A DNA stretch of 64,000 bases from Haliotis rufescens. Taxonomy: Eukaryota. The notes under the pieces are model-generated. The model saw only the letters and a list, made by a program, of their open reading frames with translations, made no database searches and was not told the origin of the DNA. Where the stretch lies: NCBI RefSeq assembly GCF_023055435.1, contig NW_025963946.1, positions 7,812,001 through 7,876,000 of the forward strand, in the 5' to 3' direction. The translations under genes were made by a program, and so were the position numbers. Positions 35,301-47,631 of this stretch are shown piece after piece; the stretch's first letter is position 1, and each line of letters opens with the position of its first letter.

Positions 35301-37134
35301 AAATGTTTTAGCATATCCAGTTTGTCTAAGATATTCATAAATCAAGAAGTAATAAGAACGACCGATAGCCGTCAGTTTGCCTCTGTCCATTCGACCAATC
35401 CGATTATAGGAAACTCTTAGTCAACTGAAACAAAGTATCAGACGCAAAATTAAACTGTATTTTTTGTCAGTTCAGCAGTATTCTGTTTCCGAGGAAACAT
35501 ATCCCCTTTTTCTTGTGATTGATAATAAGAATATTTTCTGGAGCCCATCTTAACAAACATTCTCAACCGTTGAGTAACGATGCTTATGCGTTGACAATGT
35601 ATGTCAGCCCTTAGATTCTTAAGTCAGAAAGGGACATTTACAAACATTCTATTTCAAATGCACTTGACAATTTCCAGGGAAGATGCCTCACCTAACGTCC
35701 ATGTGGGAGATACAAGAGGGCAACATGAAGCTGATCTACTATGACAGGAACCACATGCTGTATGAAGCTTGTCGGGAGGGAAAGTTAGAGATAGTAAAGA
35801 ACATTTTGTCAACTGGTTCTGTAGATATAAATAACAAATCCCAGGGTGGCTGGACACCTTTGCTTCTTGCAGCCAGTACAGGTCAAAAAGACATATTTGA
35901 TGTGTTGGTGAGGAAGGGGTGCAATACCTCAGCACTGTTAGACAACGGCAACAATATCCTTCATGTGGCATGTTTAAGTGGCAATACTGATATCATAGAA
36001 TATCTTACAGCAGTTGTCAGTATTAACAGTATAGGCATGTATGGCAGAACAGCTGTGATGAAGGCGGCGGCTATGGGCAATAAAAACGTATTCGATCTCC
36101 TGGTGGGTAAAGGATGTAACCTGTCAGCAGTGGATGATAAAGGTAACAACATCCTTCACTTTGCCTGTTTTGGTGGCAATGTGCACATTGTCAATTATCT
36201 CATCAAACACAATATAGCTGACATAGAGAGCCGAGGCCAGGTAGGGAGAACACCGGTGCTGTTTGCAGCCGAGATGGGTCAAAAGCAGGTGTTCGATCTC
36301 CTGGTGTGTAAAGGATATAACCTGTCAGCAGTGGATGATAAAGGTAACAACATCCTTCATCTTGCCTGTTTTAGTGACAATGTGTACATTGTCGAGTATC
36401 TCATCACACACAAGATAGCTGACATAGAGAGCCGAGGCCAGGTAGGGAGAACACCGGTGCTGTTTGCAGCCGAGATGGGTAAACAGCAGGTGTTCGATCT
36501 CCTGGTGGGTAAAGGATGTAACCTGTCAGCAGTGGATGATACAGGTAACAACATCCTTCACCTTGCCTGTTTTAGTGACAATGTGTACATTGTCGAGTAT
36601 CTCATCAAACACAATATAGCTGACATAGAGAGCCAAGGCCAGGTAGGGAGAACACCGGTGCTGTTTGCAGCAGAGAAGGGGAAACAGCAGGTGTTTGATC
36701 TCCTGGTGGGTAAAAGATGTAACCTGTCAGCAGTGGATGATAAAGGTAACAACATCCTTCACCTTGCCTCTTTTAGTGGCAATGTGCACATTGTCGAGCA
36801 TCTCATCACACACAAGATAGCTGACATAGAGAGCCCAAGTTTGGTAGGGAGAACACCGGTGATGTTTGCAGCAGGGCAGGGTAAACAACAGGTGTTCGAT
36901 CTCCTGGTGGGTAAAGGATGTAACCTGTCAGTAATGGATAATGAAGGTAACAACATCCTACACCTTGCTGCATTCACGGGGACAGTAGGAATTGTAAACC
37001 GAGTTCTCTCAGAGTCAGCTGTAGAAGTATCTGCCACAAACAACAGAGGTGAAACGCCATTGCAGCCTGCACTGAGAAACAAACATGGCGCTATAGTGGA
37101 GATTCTTAGAGCTAGATCTGACACGCTGCTTTGA
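29348..37134 (+). CDS. Ankyrin gene copy 2, predicted 673 aa: exons 29348-29441, 29988-30077, 31029-31097, 31890-31958, 32789-32829, 33051-33135, 33258-33302, 34490-34561, 35678-37134. Low-complexity N-terminus, coiled coil, about 14 ankyrin repeats
   Basis: All exons have canonical AG/GT, are open and join with compatible phases (total 2022 nt). 33051-33135 encodes the heptad segment LRERLDAMQQRITDLERRVLKLEKDAEA. The terminal 483-aa ankyrin ORF is certain; the small exons are predictions. AATAAA at 37285-37290. Confidence 0.75.
29537..29758 (+). mobile_element. SINE family D, degenerate and intronic
   Basis: ggcacgggtgaccctgtcgtctaagg head, similar to 47020-47278, with an actcactc tail. Confidence 0.75.
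30165..30494 (-). mobile_element. SINE family A, intronic
   Basis: Matches 5864-6218 (ctgagataccatgccgcagtttaacat..., ccacggagg.ggtc). Confidence 0.85.
31270..31815. mobile_element. Putative non-autonomous element, Crypton-like
   Basis: Motifs gagtgaaata, atattttcacgagtggcg, gcagtgaaatatc...ttcactgc and a tgtatataataa end, recalled from molluscan non-autonomous Cryptons. Not verified. Confidence 0.35.
32117..32158. repeat. (CAA)n microsatellite
   Basis: Direct reading. Confidence 0.9.
32276..32669 (+). pseudogene. Dead internal exon of ankyrin gene copy 2, TRADD-N-like domain
   Basis: Pyrimidine tract then CGG instead of CAG (32273-32275); intact donor G|gtaaat. TAA at 32308, 32456 and 32555 plus one frameshift. 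Encodes ...NADLESVEDGSLIFVFMHETEEDALRMM... Confidence 0.65.
33828..34125 (-). mobile_element. SINE family A (paralog of 88-386)
   Basis: Same position within the duplicated intron. Confidence 0.85.
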
Positions 37135-37777
37135 GTTTGGAGAACTATTCAGGGCCATATCAAGGGGCTTATATCGGAGTGTCTCTGGAAGTGTACATCA
37201 TTCAGAGCTGTCTGTGATAATTTCTTGTACAAAGATAAATGTCTTTTTTTACCTCACTGTATTTACAGTTCATGTACGGGATAAAATAAATGTTTCAAAT
37301 CATTAACAAGGCGTCAGTTTGCTATAACGGCACCTTATCAACAGGTTCAGATTTGAAGTTGAGGTGTGCAGTGTTACAGGTCCACCGTATTCGTGGCCGT
37401 GAGAGTAGACTGGATATGCCAACGCCTTGCATCAATATATCTCAAAGAGTTATTCACTATGTTAAACATAGTGGGTTGAATTATTTCATGTTTTGTTTCA
37501 TGATGGAGATATATACATGCATTATCGAACCCTGTCACACTTGGTCTGTATCGATAGGACACGTATATCACACTGTTACATTTGGTGTGTACAATTTAGA
37601 CACGTATATCATGGGTTATAACCTCTGATTTGTAGGAGTACATTTTCACTCGCTCGTTTCCCAGACTTCAGCGACCACTTTGGAATATTGCTGTGCCTCT
37701 GTCGGGAAACAACAATCAATACTACTGTATAAATAAAACAAACATATCACGCCAGAACAACTTTGATCAGCATTGGG

Positions 37778-39031
37778 TAGATACGCACGTCACCCCCTGT
37801 CACATCTGATCTCTATGAAGGAGATACGCTCACCACACCGTGTGACATCTGGTCTGTTTGAGGGAGGTACGCACGTCAATCCCTGTCACAACTGGTCTGT
37901 ATGAGAGGGATACGCACATCACACCCTGTCACAACTGGTCTCTATGAAGGAGGTCACACCCTGTTACCTGATTTTCATCGAAGAAATACCCACATCACAC
38001 CCTATCACATCTGTTCTGTATGAGGAAAATACGCACATCACACCCATTTACATCGGTTCTGTATGAGGGAGATACGCACATCACACCCTGTCACATCTGG
38101 TCTGTATGAGGGAGATAAGCACATCACACCCTGTCACATCTGGCCTGTATGAGGGAGATACGCACATCACACCCTGTGACATCACTTCTGTATGAGGGAC
38201 ATACGCACCTCACACCCTGTCAAATCTGCCATGTTTGAGTGAGATACGCACGTCACACCCTTTCACATCGGTTCTGTATGAGGGAGACACGCACATTACA
38301 CACTGTAAATTCTGATCTGTTTGAAGGAGATACGCACATCACACCCTGTCAAATCTGGTCTATATGAGCGACGATCGCACGTCATACCCTTTAAAATCTG
38401 TCCTGAGGGAGATACTCACATCACACACTGTCACATCGGTTCTGTATGAGGGAGACACGCACGTCACACCCTGTCACATCTGGCCTGTATGAGGGAGATA
38501 CGCACGTCACACACTGTCACATCGGTTCTGTATGAGGGAGACACGCACATTACACCCTGTCAAATCTGGTCTATATGAGCGACGATCGCACGTCATACCC
38601 TTTAAAATCTGGCATGAGGGAGATACGCACGTCACACACTGTCACATCGGTTCTGTATGAGGGAGACACGCACATCACACCCTGTCCAATCTGGTCTATA
38701 TGAGCGACGATCGCACGTCATACCCTTTAAAATCTGGCCTGAGAGAGATACGCAAGTCACACACTGTCACTTCGGTTCTGTATGAGGGAGATACGCACGT
38801 CACACACTGTCACATCTGGTCTGTATGAGGGAGATACGCACGTCACACACTGTCACATCGGTTCTGTATGAGTGAGACACGCACATCACACCCTGAAAAT
38901 TCTGATCTGTTTGAAGGAGATACGCACATCACACCCTGTCAAATCTGGTGTATATGACCGACGATCGCACGTCATACCCTTTCAAATCTGGCCTGAGGGA
39001 GATACGCACATCACACACTGTCACATCGGTT
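37778..39031 (+). repeat. 43-bp satellite array, short paralogous copy (~1.25 kb)
   Basis: Same monomer and same 5' flank as 4697-12585. Confidence 0.95.
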
Positions 39032-42000
39032 CAATTGATAATCTCCGTTGTCTGTAAAATTGACATGTTTTAAAATATACAACACAATGCCACTGACATG
39101 GTTGGGAGACTGGCGCACATTAACACTGTGACGTGATGTGTGTGTGTGTGTATGTGTGCGTGTGAGTGTGTATGTATGTGTGTTAATGTCTGTGAGTTCA
39201 TCCCGTGTACCCACTTTCCACACACAGTGAGAGTATCATATCACATGAAACAATCAGACAAATTGACTCTGCTGGTCAAAGGGAAGCAACTCGCTATTAC
39301 ACACAGCACACGCATTTACAATGCATATCTCAGCACGCTTTTCCCTTCACTGTCACTGTCCATTCGTGACCAACTCGTGTATTTTTGGACAAGCCGAATA
39401 GCGACCCTTGCCCCTCACGTGGCCGTTTTTGCGACCAGGTTCCGTCTTAGCGTAAACGGGCATACCTAAAACAACTGTCAACTGGTTGTGTAATGGTTCA
39501 CATTTATATCCGTATATTATATGTATTTCATAAGCATATATGTACATGGGGAATTATACAGTATGATTGAACTCATTTAACTGAATCTTGGGTATACTTT
39601 TAGATGCAAAACATATGTAAAATCAAAAACTATATCTGAGGGATTCTGAGGGAGAATTTGAAATCATATGTGCATTCTGATTGGTTTGATGTATTTTCGC
39701 ACGTAACATTCATCGATAGGGGGACGGGTCTTCTTGCAGGTTACGGAAAGGGGCGAGTGGTGACGAATGTGTCACGGTCTTGTCACGTGTCAAAGTAACA
39801 CAATTATTTACCATTTATGTTCAGCCCTTGAAATGAATAATTGTTACCTGGATGCACATATCAAAGCTAGCGTCACAATTCTATGTTAACCGTTCATATT
39901 ACCTCCCCAATCAATGTATATTATATGTATATTATCATAACTAAGGTAAACGGCAGAAAAATGGAAGTCATATCGCAAACATGTGACACTATATCAAGTC
40001 ACAGGTGCATAAAAAAAGTGAACCGACTAAAGAAATCTGAATACAAAAACATTGGATGACATAATTCCTTATGTTGTTACATTTTCTGAAAATGATAAAT
40101 TATTCAACACCTGCCTCTTTCACATCGTCATCACATGTTGCAGATCAAAGCGATGACTAGAAGATGGATGCCAAAGCTAAACATTGTAAAATGCATAAAT
40201 CATCAAATGCTGACATTCAAATCATGAAGTGAAGCTGTCACAAACTTGCGCATTTTTACTTCTTTTTCTGAGAGAGTTAGTGAGTTAAACTTTCAGTTTT
40301 CAAGGCAATATCTCAAACCAAATTACATATTAAAAAAAAGCTGTGACCATTTCCGGCAAATCATTTACAATTAGAAGCTCCCTTACAATAAAAAGGTCAG
40401 TCAGATTTCCGGCTTCACATTGAGAAGCCCTTTCAATTGTACATACCAAGTTGTCAAGCACAGCACATCGTGTCATCATGAAAACAAAGTGGTGGAGGGT
40501 ATAGTTTAGAGCCTATCAGTTCTCCAGCCCATGCAAATGTTGCAAAGTTTAGAATACAGCGGCAAGGAAAAGATTCGACTCGTTCGTGTTGTCAGGCCCA
40601 TAACTCGCACAATATTTTCAATTGACTGTTTTGGCGTTTTTAAAGGTAATTTGTCAGTATTGTCGTGCCGCCATTTTGTAAAACATGTGCCGAAAAGTAT
40701 TCAAGTGCTGCATGGCTAATTAAGTCAGCAACTGTTAGTTGAACATGGACTTCTGAGTTCGATATGTCTGTCTAAACACTTACAATATTTTAAATACGCC
40801 GCTGCCCTACTTACAAAGTCCCACACCGTCTGGGAATGATGACACGAGATCAACCTAGCCACTGAGCCTTACCACCCGATCCCACGTTGTTGCCTCTCAA
40901 AGCAAGCAATAGTGTGTTGGACGCCTTGTTTCCAGCGTGGAACATAGACCAGCTGTTCACTACATGGACTGTTTATGAGCAAATCCGCTGTATGGTCCAA
41001 TGGAACTCGACTTCACCATGTGTGAAAACATAATGACCATGATGTCGAGCAGCAAACTCAAGCAAACTGATACGAATACATGTTTCTACACCTCAAAAAG
41101 ATTTAGATAACGAGTGTGGAAATTAACCCTACAACAGTGTAGTTATGTAACTGCTGCATCTTTGTTAGCCGTCTTTTACCGATAGCAAGTAGTGAGTAAG
41201 CTTTTGTATTTGTCGCATTAGATTAGCAAATTGTCATCTGTAAGGCGCGAATGGTGTTTCATAGATTGCAACATGTCATCAAACCACCAAAGCTATATAT
41301 TATATTATTCCAATTAGAAGTGTTAAACATTTTAGCATATCGAAAACATGATATAAAGCTCCACCAATATGAATATTGGAACATAAAACATCTTGTGCCT
41401 ACATGTTTACAAACCTTTTAAATTACCTTTAACTACACAAAGTTATTTCGATTGAACAGACTTTGCTCATTCTCTCAGTTATCAAAACGTTAAAATTTTA
41501 CATTTACATGTAGATTTATGTATGTTTAAAAACAAACACCATAAGATTTATAACATAAGAAATATATGTATGCTAGAAGCACGACATAATAAGACTGCTG
41601 ACATTAATGTTTATCCAATGACATTAATATTATAACAGAACACTTTTTCATACCACAGCCTGCCTTTGATCCAAAACAACAAATGCCTCGCGCATGAACA
41701 TGATCATAGGAACATACATGTTGACATCATTTTATATAAGGGTATTAGACCTGTGTTTGTCTAGGGCGACTCTGAGTCGATTAATGTACTCTATGTGACA
41801 ACGTCGTCAATACACTTTGTAGTTGCACAAGCTTATCATAATCAGTTCTACAATATGTCATTTACATGCAACACCCGAATTACGACAGCACAAATGATCA
41901 AAAGACAAAGTTCTTGGATCGCTGATCTGAAGATCTAGGGCTGAGCACAACAGCATAACCGAAATAAGAAGCGGTGCAGCAAGTGAGTTTCGAGCAGTGT

Positions 42001-42089
42001 AAACGTAGCAAAATGATGTACGTCTTCATCTCCCTTTTACTGATGTACGCATGCAGGTAAATGATTTTGTCATGTTCTGTCTGTTGATA

Positions 42090-42191
42090 GACCCGTGAAG
42101 ATCCGGATTAGAATAGGTCTTCAGCAACCCATGCTTGTCGTAAGAGGCGACTAACGGGATCGGGTGGAGAAGCTCCCTGACTTGGTTGATG
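42090..42191 (+). mobile_element. SINE family B, partial
   Basis: gacccgtgaagatccgg...acccatgcttgtcgtaagaggcgactaacgggatcgggtgg. Confidence 0.85.
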
Positions 42192-42942
42192 CGTGTGTTT
42201 TGGTAGGTCTTTAGATTGATTGATTTAGATTGATAGCTGCGATTGATACTTTGGCTGTTTACTGTGTACATAGAAGGCAAGTATCACATATTCAATGTAA
42301 AACAAATCGAAGTTAGTGCCATGGTGCGGTATCTAACCTTGATATAAAGTCAACAGGTTAAAAAGTTGTCAACATTAACATGACAATATGTTCTGCATAA
42401 CTGTAGAGGACTAACTATCAAATATAACGAGCTGAAACAAATATCATGTCATCATAATTTGGAACATACATATCACATATTCAGAAAGTCTGACACTGTC
42501 AGACAAGACGTTTACGGAAGTACAGTATGAATTTAGAAAGAATGTAAGTGCATGCTCTACACAAGCTAGAAAAATATGTAATATTCCAAACAGATCTTAA
42601 ACTAGTGTGTTCAATCCATAATATCCACGATGGTCATATTGGAAATCGGACTCGAGCCCCTTGAATAAACTCAGGTGTCAATATTGCTGAACACCAAGCA
42701 CCAAGATTCAGCTTCATAGGTCCAGTGATTTCGTGGAAGATGCTGTTTACAGAGCAAGGACAATCATTTTGTGGCAGCACGGTCATGGTTAAAGGTCAAA
42801 TAAAGGTAAAGACTAAACATATCGCAAACGAAACCTCTACTAGAACCAACAAAATTTCGTATTCGAACCTCTTAAACAAATTCGGGTGTCATCGTTGAAA
42901 CAAGTATGTATAGTGGTCAGGTTTTTTGGTCCAGAGAGGTTT

Positions 42943-43328
42943 AAGGTAGACACAATTTTATGGATAACAATTTCTTGAATCGTAAAAAGCGACGTTTCGG
43001 TATAGATCGTTATACCGTTGTCAATCAAAACTGAATAAGGGACATTGTACAGAATATATATATAATTGGTGGAGGATTAACAGTAGAGGATTAACAGTAA
43101 AAATTGCATACATGAGTGGGATAACATGAGTAGGTGTTGACAACAGAATGATAATACTGTCACAACACGATGGAAGCCAATGGGACATGAAACCAATTAA
43201 ACAGGATAAGTGATTATTGCTTGATGAGTTCATGGTAGGCGGATGGGATGAAATAGCCTTGATCTATACCGAAAAGTCGCTTTTTACTGTATTAAAGAAC
43301 CTGTTGTCCATAAAATTGTGTCTACCTT
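42943..43328. mobile_element. Penelope-type inverted repeat (arms 42943-43008 and 43261-43328) with a hammerhead-like core
   Basis: The arms are imperfect reverse complements. The minus strand of 42991-43024 reads TTGACAA-c-ggtata-acgatc-tatacc-GAAA-cg-TC. Confidence 0.55.
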
Positions 43329-43580
43329 GTCATCCGTCAATTTCTAAGTAATGCCTGTCAAACGAAGTTTAAGCAGGACAAACAGTCCACGACACATGGT
43401 CACTTGACATTCAGTGAGAGGAGCTAATAAAAGTAAATTGTACTAAATTGTTCTAAATACAGACGTCCGCTTACACCAATAAACAGGAATTTCTGATTTC
43501 TGAGGGAATGGTAAGAGTCTTGTTTGATTGCAAAGACCAAATCATAAAGTAGCACACTTGACAGGGATACTTTAATCACA

Positions 43581-43581
<1 letters not shown>

Positions 43582-43648
<67 letters not shown>
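43582..43648. repeat. (TA)n microsatellite
   Basis: Direct reading. Confidence 0.97.
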
Positions 43649-43652
<4 letters not shown>

Positions 43653-43884
43653 TCTTACAAAGGTAGGGTGAGTGAGTGAGTGAGTTGGGTTTAACGGTTT
43701 AAAAGGCGGCGTTAAACCCAACTCACTCATCCTATTAATTTTCAGTTCTTTACGAGTATACCCTACTTTTGTAAAGAGTATAAAGTGTCCATGAGTGTAA
43801 AGACTATCGTCCTGTGTCATAAAGTATACTGGTGGAGTGAGGTAAAGAAACAAGTCACTTCGGTACGTAGTACATCATCCATAA

Positions 43885-44152
43885 TGGTTGGTTGGTTGGT
43901 TTGTTTGTTGTTTTACGCCGCACTCAGCAATAGTCCAGCTGTATGATGGCGGTCTGTAAATAATCGAGTCTGGACCAGACAATCCAGTGATTGATATCAT
44001 GAGGATCAATCCACACAATCGGGATCGATGACATGCATCAAGTAAGTCAGCGAGCCTGACCACCCGATCCCGTCAGTAATAATCGAATCTGGACCAAGCA
44101 TTTACGGCAAGCATGGGTTGGTGAAGACCTATTCTAACCCAGATCTTCACGG
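43885..44152 (-). mobile_element. SINE family B
   Basis: Reverse complement of the 63684-63940 type. Confidence 0.85.
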
Positions 44153-44239
44153 GGATTATAGGTTGGATTGTGACTGTGTTGTCTAAATAACTTATTGTCA
44201 TCTATCATGCCCAGTGTATTTTTGTGTGCGTGCAAAGGC

Positions 44240-45660
44240 ACCGTTGTTTCTTCAGGTTATACAAACTTGAACTTCTATTGAAGATTATATGCGGCTATAT
44301 CTATAGATCGAATATCGTTTGATGAAATCAATGGTAGATAGATAGTTGAGTACAGCGTGTCGTACCATTGTCGAAAATGATTCAGGTACTCATACTGCTG
44401 TAAGCAAGATTGATTCAAAGAAAACCGATGAAAGGGAAATGTCCCGGCTTTCATGTGAAAGCTTGTGAATGTGTTATTTCCCTGTTGTGTGGTTTGAAGA
44501 TGTCTAACAAACTCCACTGAAACTGAATACCAAATGACTTGCGACACGTGGATGAGTGACGGTGCTACCGGTAGAGCAGGACATGTCTCTCCCTTTTCGC
44601 AAACACATGGTGTCATCACCAATTTACAGTGATTCATTCATATAGTGTAACCTAGTTTACCCTTTACGCCCTTTGGACTTTTTGTATGTGAATCATGCTT
44701 TTCCAAAAAACACTAATATTGGTCTTTTTTCACTTTTTTTTGTAAATGATATTTGATGTCAGGTCTACATTGTAGGGTACATGCTTGGGTAGTTTGGCAC
44801 CTCTTCATCTGAATAAACATCGTTAGCAGGATAAAAGTGAAATGTATAATAAACCTGGTTATGAATCGTCTTTGGGTCATATTTGAGAAACGTGAGCAAT
44901 TTAGTTTAAGAAGTTATTTTAATATTATAATATCACCAGACCTGTAAATAATCACGTCTGGACCAGTAACTAAAAACAGGAGCGACGTTATCAGGCCATG
45001 AGGACAACGAAATGAGGGACGTCCTCGGAGTGTAAAGCAAAATTGATTGTGCTCTGTTGGTACCTACGCACGTACAAGAGTTCCCTGAAATGAAATAAGC
45101 GTGTGCACGAGGGAGAAAATGACTGCACGTTGAAATACATGTTTTCAGACTACCTGGAAGAAGACTTTTGGTGGCGTGTCACCTAGTGAGTTGATACAGC
45201 AGAAAATGTTGACTGTAAAACAATGAAGCAATTTAAATATTCTAATTTTATTGCAAATGAGTAGGTACAGTATTGTTCTACCTTTACAGTTGGTACACCC
45301 AGAGACCTATAAAAATTAATATGATTCATATTGATAATAAAATATCAACAAGACTGTATGACAAGAGGGAGATCAAAAGGGATAACTTCAACTTTCCCTC
45401 TATGTCAAGCAATATTCCAGCAACTCAAGTCTTGGGCCCTACATTTCCATTTCACAACTTTTGACGAACACTCGAGCATTCTTTTTCTCCGATGATTTCA
45501 AAGAACGACATTAGAGTCTTGCTCAAAGCGTTTTCAGAAAGGGTTACACCATTTCCACCTTTTCAAAATCTAATGCATCACTTTTTTAAGAGTATATATT
45601 AACCTCTATCCATGAGTATACAGGCTGTCGTCTTGTGTCCTAAAGTGTACTGGTGGAGTA
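44240..45660 (+). mobile_element. Penelope-like remnants (~44240-44630 and ~45330-45660)
   Basis: KISTRLYDKR..DNFNFPSMSSNIPA in ORF 45273-45464. The 3' motif gcagg...aacac.tggtgtcatcac is shared with ~46965-47010 and ~15785-15825. Confidence 0.6.
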
Positions 45661-45819
45661 TTTCATTGATAATTTGACAAAAACATGTACTACATTTTAT
45701 GACCAAAAAAACTTTATGTGTCATATTAGGATAATTTCTATTCAATGCTGAAAGGCCTCAGGCCAATAGTACAATTCTGTTTTCGGGAGTGGTTAAAGAT
45801 ATGTTTAACAGGTCATATT

Positions 45820-46780
45820 CTAATTAACGTAGTATGATAAATGAACATTGATAGACCTTTTAGAGTATCTCAATCTGTTGTTGACATGATCGATATAAAT
45901 TTGTGGTGAGTGGCAGAGACATGTCATTGTCACATGTTTCCTGATCTGAAAATTCAAAGTAGGTATCATCCCCAACACCATTTCCACTGAACATATTTTG
46001 AAAATAATCATACCATTTATCAATTTCAATATTATTTTAAAACTCATAATGTGGATTTAGCTTTCCGAAGGTTGTCTAAAATTCTTCCAACAACTTAAAC
46101 TTATCTTTCAAATATTGCTTTTCTTTTCAAGAAATATAAGCTTCTTTTCCCTGCATGTGGTTTTGATAAGATTTCTAATTCTTGTATATTCCCTTAACGA
46201 CTGCAAATGTGTATCTATTCTGAATTTGTTGAGGCATGTACATCTCTCTTTTTTTAGTAACTGACATTTCCAATCAAACCATTGTTGTGTTTTCTTATTC
46301 ATGTCAACTACTTTCTTCATTTCGTCACCAGCAGAGGAGAGTGCCTTTCTATACTTTTATCAATATTTGTGAATACGGCATCAACTGCTTTTTCAACCCG
46401 TGATAGAAACTTGTCTGAAGATAAGTTACAAAGAAATATTTCTTATGGATCAGTTCTCCATTTAAATCTTAATGTACTTTTACAATTGATACCATCATAA
46501 CCATCGATGATTGAGTGAAGGGTACACGTACGTAACGTTTGCATATGTTGCGACTCGTAACGTGTGTCTATGTTGAACGTTTTACAGATGTCAGACATAT
46601 GTACATTGTACGGTGGAGATAATAATTATAGTCATTTACGCTTGCCACTGTACGACTGATGAATGTATAGTCTCCAATACCAGCGTTACTGCCACAACGA
46701 CCATTCGTAATATGAATATTTAAGACAGAGCAAAGATTCAACAAAACATTTACCAAACTTATTTAAAATATTAGTGAAAT
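45820..46780 (-). mobile_element. Decayed CR1/L2-type LINE ORF2 fragment
   Basis: LLNLC..LNIHITNGRCG...GDYTFI..ASVNDY (endonuclease end) and QWFDWKC...LNKFR...CREKK (linker). Confidence 0.75.
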
Positions 46781-47019
46781 AGAATATCTGTAAATAAAAT
46801 TGATCTATCCAGAAATCCAACTTTTTGTGCTGATTGTCCCCCAAAACTATTCACAATCCCCTCGAAAATTATGTTCCAAGCAATTCCCTCGTTGCCCTTG
46901 CACCTATCTTCAAGTGAACGCATGCCTTGCCTATGCATGTGTATGTGGCGGGTGTCATCTGTAGGGCAGGGTATGCTCACCTTATCGCGAACACCTGGTG
47001 TCATCACTAATTGATATTT

Positions 47020-47278
47020 GGGGCACGGGTGGCCCAGTCGTCTAAGGCGTCCCTTAGGCACGCCAGAAACCTATGATCGTGGATTCGAATACCATTTCGC
47101 CCCGATTATGTTTTTAGGTTTGCCAGCACCATACCCGTGCTCGTGGGTTTCACCGAAGTGGTAAACGTCAGTGACCTGAATCACTTCGGGCTTTCCTCCC
47201 ATATTTAGCTGACACGCCGTGATATAACTGGAATACTGTTACAAGCGGCGTTAAATCCAACTCATTCACTCACTCACT
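47020..47278 (+). mobile_element. Full-length SINE family D
   Basis: tRNA-like head (tggcccagtcgtctaagg, ggattcgaatacc), body motif gggctttcctccca and (ACTC)n tail. Confidence 0.85.
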
Positions 47279-47631
47279 TATTGATTGGGTTTATAAACAC
47301 ATGCTTATACTATTGTCGGAATCAAATTTCGAAAACGAGTTTTCTTATGCTTATTGACATGGTTTTACCTTTTTTCCAAATGTACAAATGCTAAGAGAGT
47401 TTAAAAAACGCGTGCGGTAGCACCCTAACTGAGGCCTCTGACGGCAATTTGGACACCTACAAACAGTTGTATTTCCTTAACGACCCATTATAGGTGTGTT
47501 GGATGTGTTGGAACTGGCCATTGCTTCATACAGATGTAAACTCCCAGTTCCTAACCAGTATATTCACGTTATTATTGTTACAAATATTCTAAAATGTCAA
47601 TAATCATTCTACTTCCATATACTTCTTTCAG

